This document shows positions 62,774-64,000 of a stretch of DNA of 64,000 nt, piece by piece; positions within the stretch are counted from its first letter, which is position 1; each line of letters begins with the position of its first letter. The notes under the pieces are model-generated. The model was not told the DNA's origin and did no database searches. It saw nothing but the letters and a program-made list of their open reading frames with translations. Both the position numbers and the translations under genes were made by a program. The DNA comes from an uncultured Spirochaetota bacterium (lineage in GTDB: Bacteria; Spirochaetota; UBA4802; UBA5550): the NCBI GenBank assembly GCA_963827275.1, contig CAWHAA010000004.1:576001-640000 (forward strand). The letters run 5' to 3'.

Positions 62774-63454
62774 CTATTTCTGTTTGATCTCAAGAAGCTC
62801 CACTTCAAAGATGAGGACCGAATTGCCGGGTATGCTCTGGTTGCCCCGCTCGCCGTAGCCGAGTGCGCTCGGAATGACCAGCTCATACTTGGACCCGGCC
62901 TTCATGAGCTGGAGGCCTTCCGTCCAGCCCGGTATCACCTGGTTCAGGGGAAATTCCGCCGGCTGGTTCCGCTTGTAGGAGCTGTCGAACTCGGTCCCGT
63001 CGATCAGCGTCCCCTTGTAATGGACCTTGACGATGTCGGTCGCTTTCGGGGTGACCCCGGCGCCTTCCTTGATGACGCGGTACTGGAGGCCGCTCTTGGT
63101 CACCTGGACCCCCTGCTTCTTCTTGTTCTTCTCGAGATATTCCTCGCCGATCTTGACGTTTTCGGTCGCCTTCGCCATCTGTTTCTTCATCAGTTCTTCG
63201 GAAAGCTTCTGGAACGCGTTCCGTATATCTTCGTCCTTGATCCTGCTCTCCTTGCCCTTCATCACGTCTTCCACTGCCAGGTTGAAGGCCTTCATGTCGA
63301 GCTCCATGCCCCGGCCCTTCATGTCTTTCGCGAACTGCGTGCCGATGCCGTAACTCACCTTGGCGTTGTCGGAGCTGAGGTTTGCGCTGCAGCTTGATAC
63401 GGTAAATATAATGAAAAAGCAGCAGATAAAACGGGTGATCTGTGATAGATTCAT
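62774..63454 (-). CDS. FKBP-type peptidyl-prolyl isomerase (Mip/FkpA-like), possible lipoprotein
   Basis: SYGIG, SGLQY, VHYKGTLIDGTEFDSS, VIPGW.EGL, IPGNSVLIFEVELL. Confidence 0.95.
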   Translation of the reverse strand: MNLSQITRFICCFFIIFTVSSCSANLSSDNAKVSYGIGTQFAKDMKGRGMELDMKAFNLAVEDVMKGKESRIKDEDIRNAFQKLSEELMKKQMAKATENVKIGEEYLEKNKKKQGVQVTKSGLQYRVIKEGAGVTPKATDIVKVHYKGTLIDGTEFDSSYKRNQPAEFPLNQVIPGWTEGLQLMKAGSKYELVIPSALGYGERGNQSIPGNSVLIFEVELLEIKQK

Positions 63455-63564
63455 TGTGTTTTCCTTGATAATATGATTAAATTTTTGGATACGCTGAATA
63501 GTACAGGTGCCGGTAAAAGAGAATTGTGTCAATTAACTTTTTTCGAAAGATCCGTACGCCATTT

Positions 63565-63683
63565 GAAGGCGGGGTCACGTGCACATGTAGGCGGGGTCAC
63601 GTGCACATGTAGGCGGGGTCACGTGCACATGTAGGCCGGGTCACGTGTGCATGTAGGCCGGGTCACGTGACCCGGCCTACATG
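63565..63683. repeat. GTAG-type REP-like array: four 22-bp tandem units plus a perfect 34-bp palindrome
   Basis: g(a/t)aggc(g/c)gggtcacgtg(ca/tg)cat x4, then catgtaggccgggtcac|gtgacccggcctacatg at 63650-63683. Confidence 0.9.
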
Positions 63684-64000
63684 TGGGGCAATCCACAACC
63701 ATTTGTTTTCCCGCAATCCATGTTTTACGCATTGGAATTGCAAATACCGCAGATGTATATCGAGGTCCCTTTTATCCCGGATAACGTGGTCGTGAAATGA
63801 TGATTGCCACCTGAATGGAGGGTACGGATTCATTTTCTTATGATTTTCCTTAAACATGTCTATGTATTTATGAAGGCGATAGTGCGGACCTGTCAGTCTC
63901 TGTTGTTGAATATGGCCCTCTTTTGATGTGCATGATGCAATTACATGGTTTGCGTTTCGTGAAAAATTTGTCTTTAGAGACCGCATGACCTCAGAGAAGT
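63663..64000 (-). mobile_element. REP-associated tyrosine (Y1/HUH) transposase, C-terminal part; 5' end outside the window
   Basis: FSEVMRSLKTNFSR...WQSSFHDHVIRD...YLQFQCVKHGL; the stop codon lies inside the REP palindrome. Confidence 0.8.

Noticed and set aside
63565..63683. CRISPR array
   Set aside because: The units are contiguous 22-mers with no unique spacers, and no cas genes are seen.

Overview
Bacterial chromosomal window, GC-rich in coding regions. It is most consistent with a spirochaete of the Leptospira-related branch (inferred from a DUF1577-like protein, a spirochaete-type omega subunit, the flagellar gene order and 7TM-DISM sensors). 1-20 kb is an accessory region: a Type IIG-like restriction-modification gene with an AT-rich internal segment, purF, a B12 radical SAM enzyme, a lipase foldase / membrane AraC sensor / lipase cluster, a hybrid kinase, LysE and a second membrane AraC. 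20-56 kb is core: tRNA-Leu, ndk, adk, two tRNA-Ser, dnaX-ybaB-recR, der, tsaBE, a flagellar and chemotaxis cluster (flbD, fliL, fliY, fliOPQR, flhBAFG, fliA, fapA, cheR, cheD), yicC-remA-gmk-rpoZ-miaA-hfq, cheW, flgM and rsmI. The window ends with an MCP, a 4Fe-4S/DUF362 pair, an FKBP PPIase and a partial REP-associated (Y1/HUH) transposase with a 22-bp GTAG-type tandem array. The most notable signal is a dispersed two-module repeat family (CTCTGACCCC plus the palindrome ACCGATA-ac/gt-TATCGGT). It occurs at five places, including an in-frame cluster translated as GSEQ/TDNYR repeats inside a ferredoxin-type protein. Six apparent single-base indels in genes suggest sequence errors.
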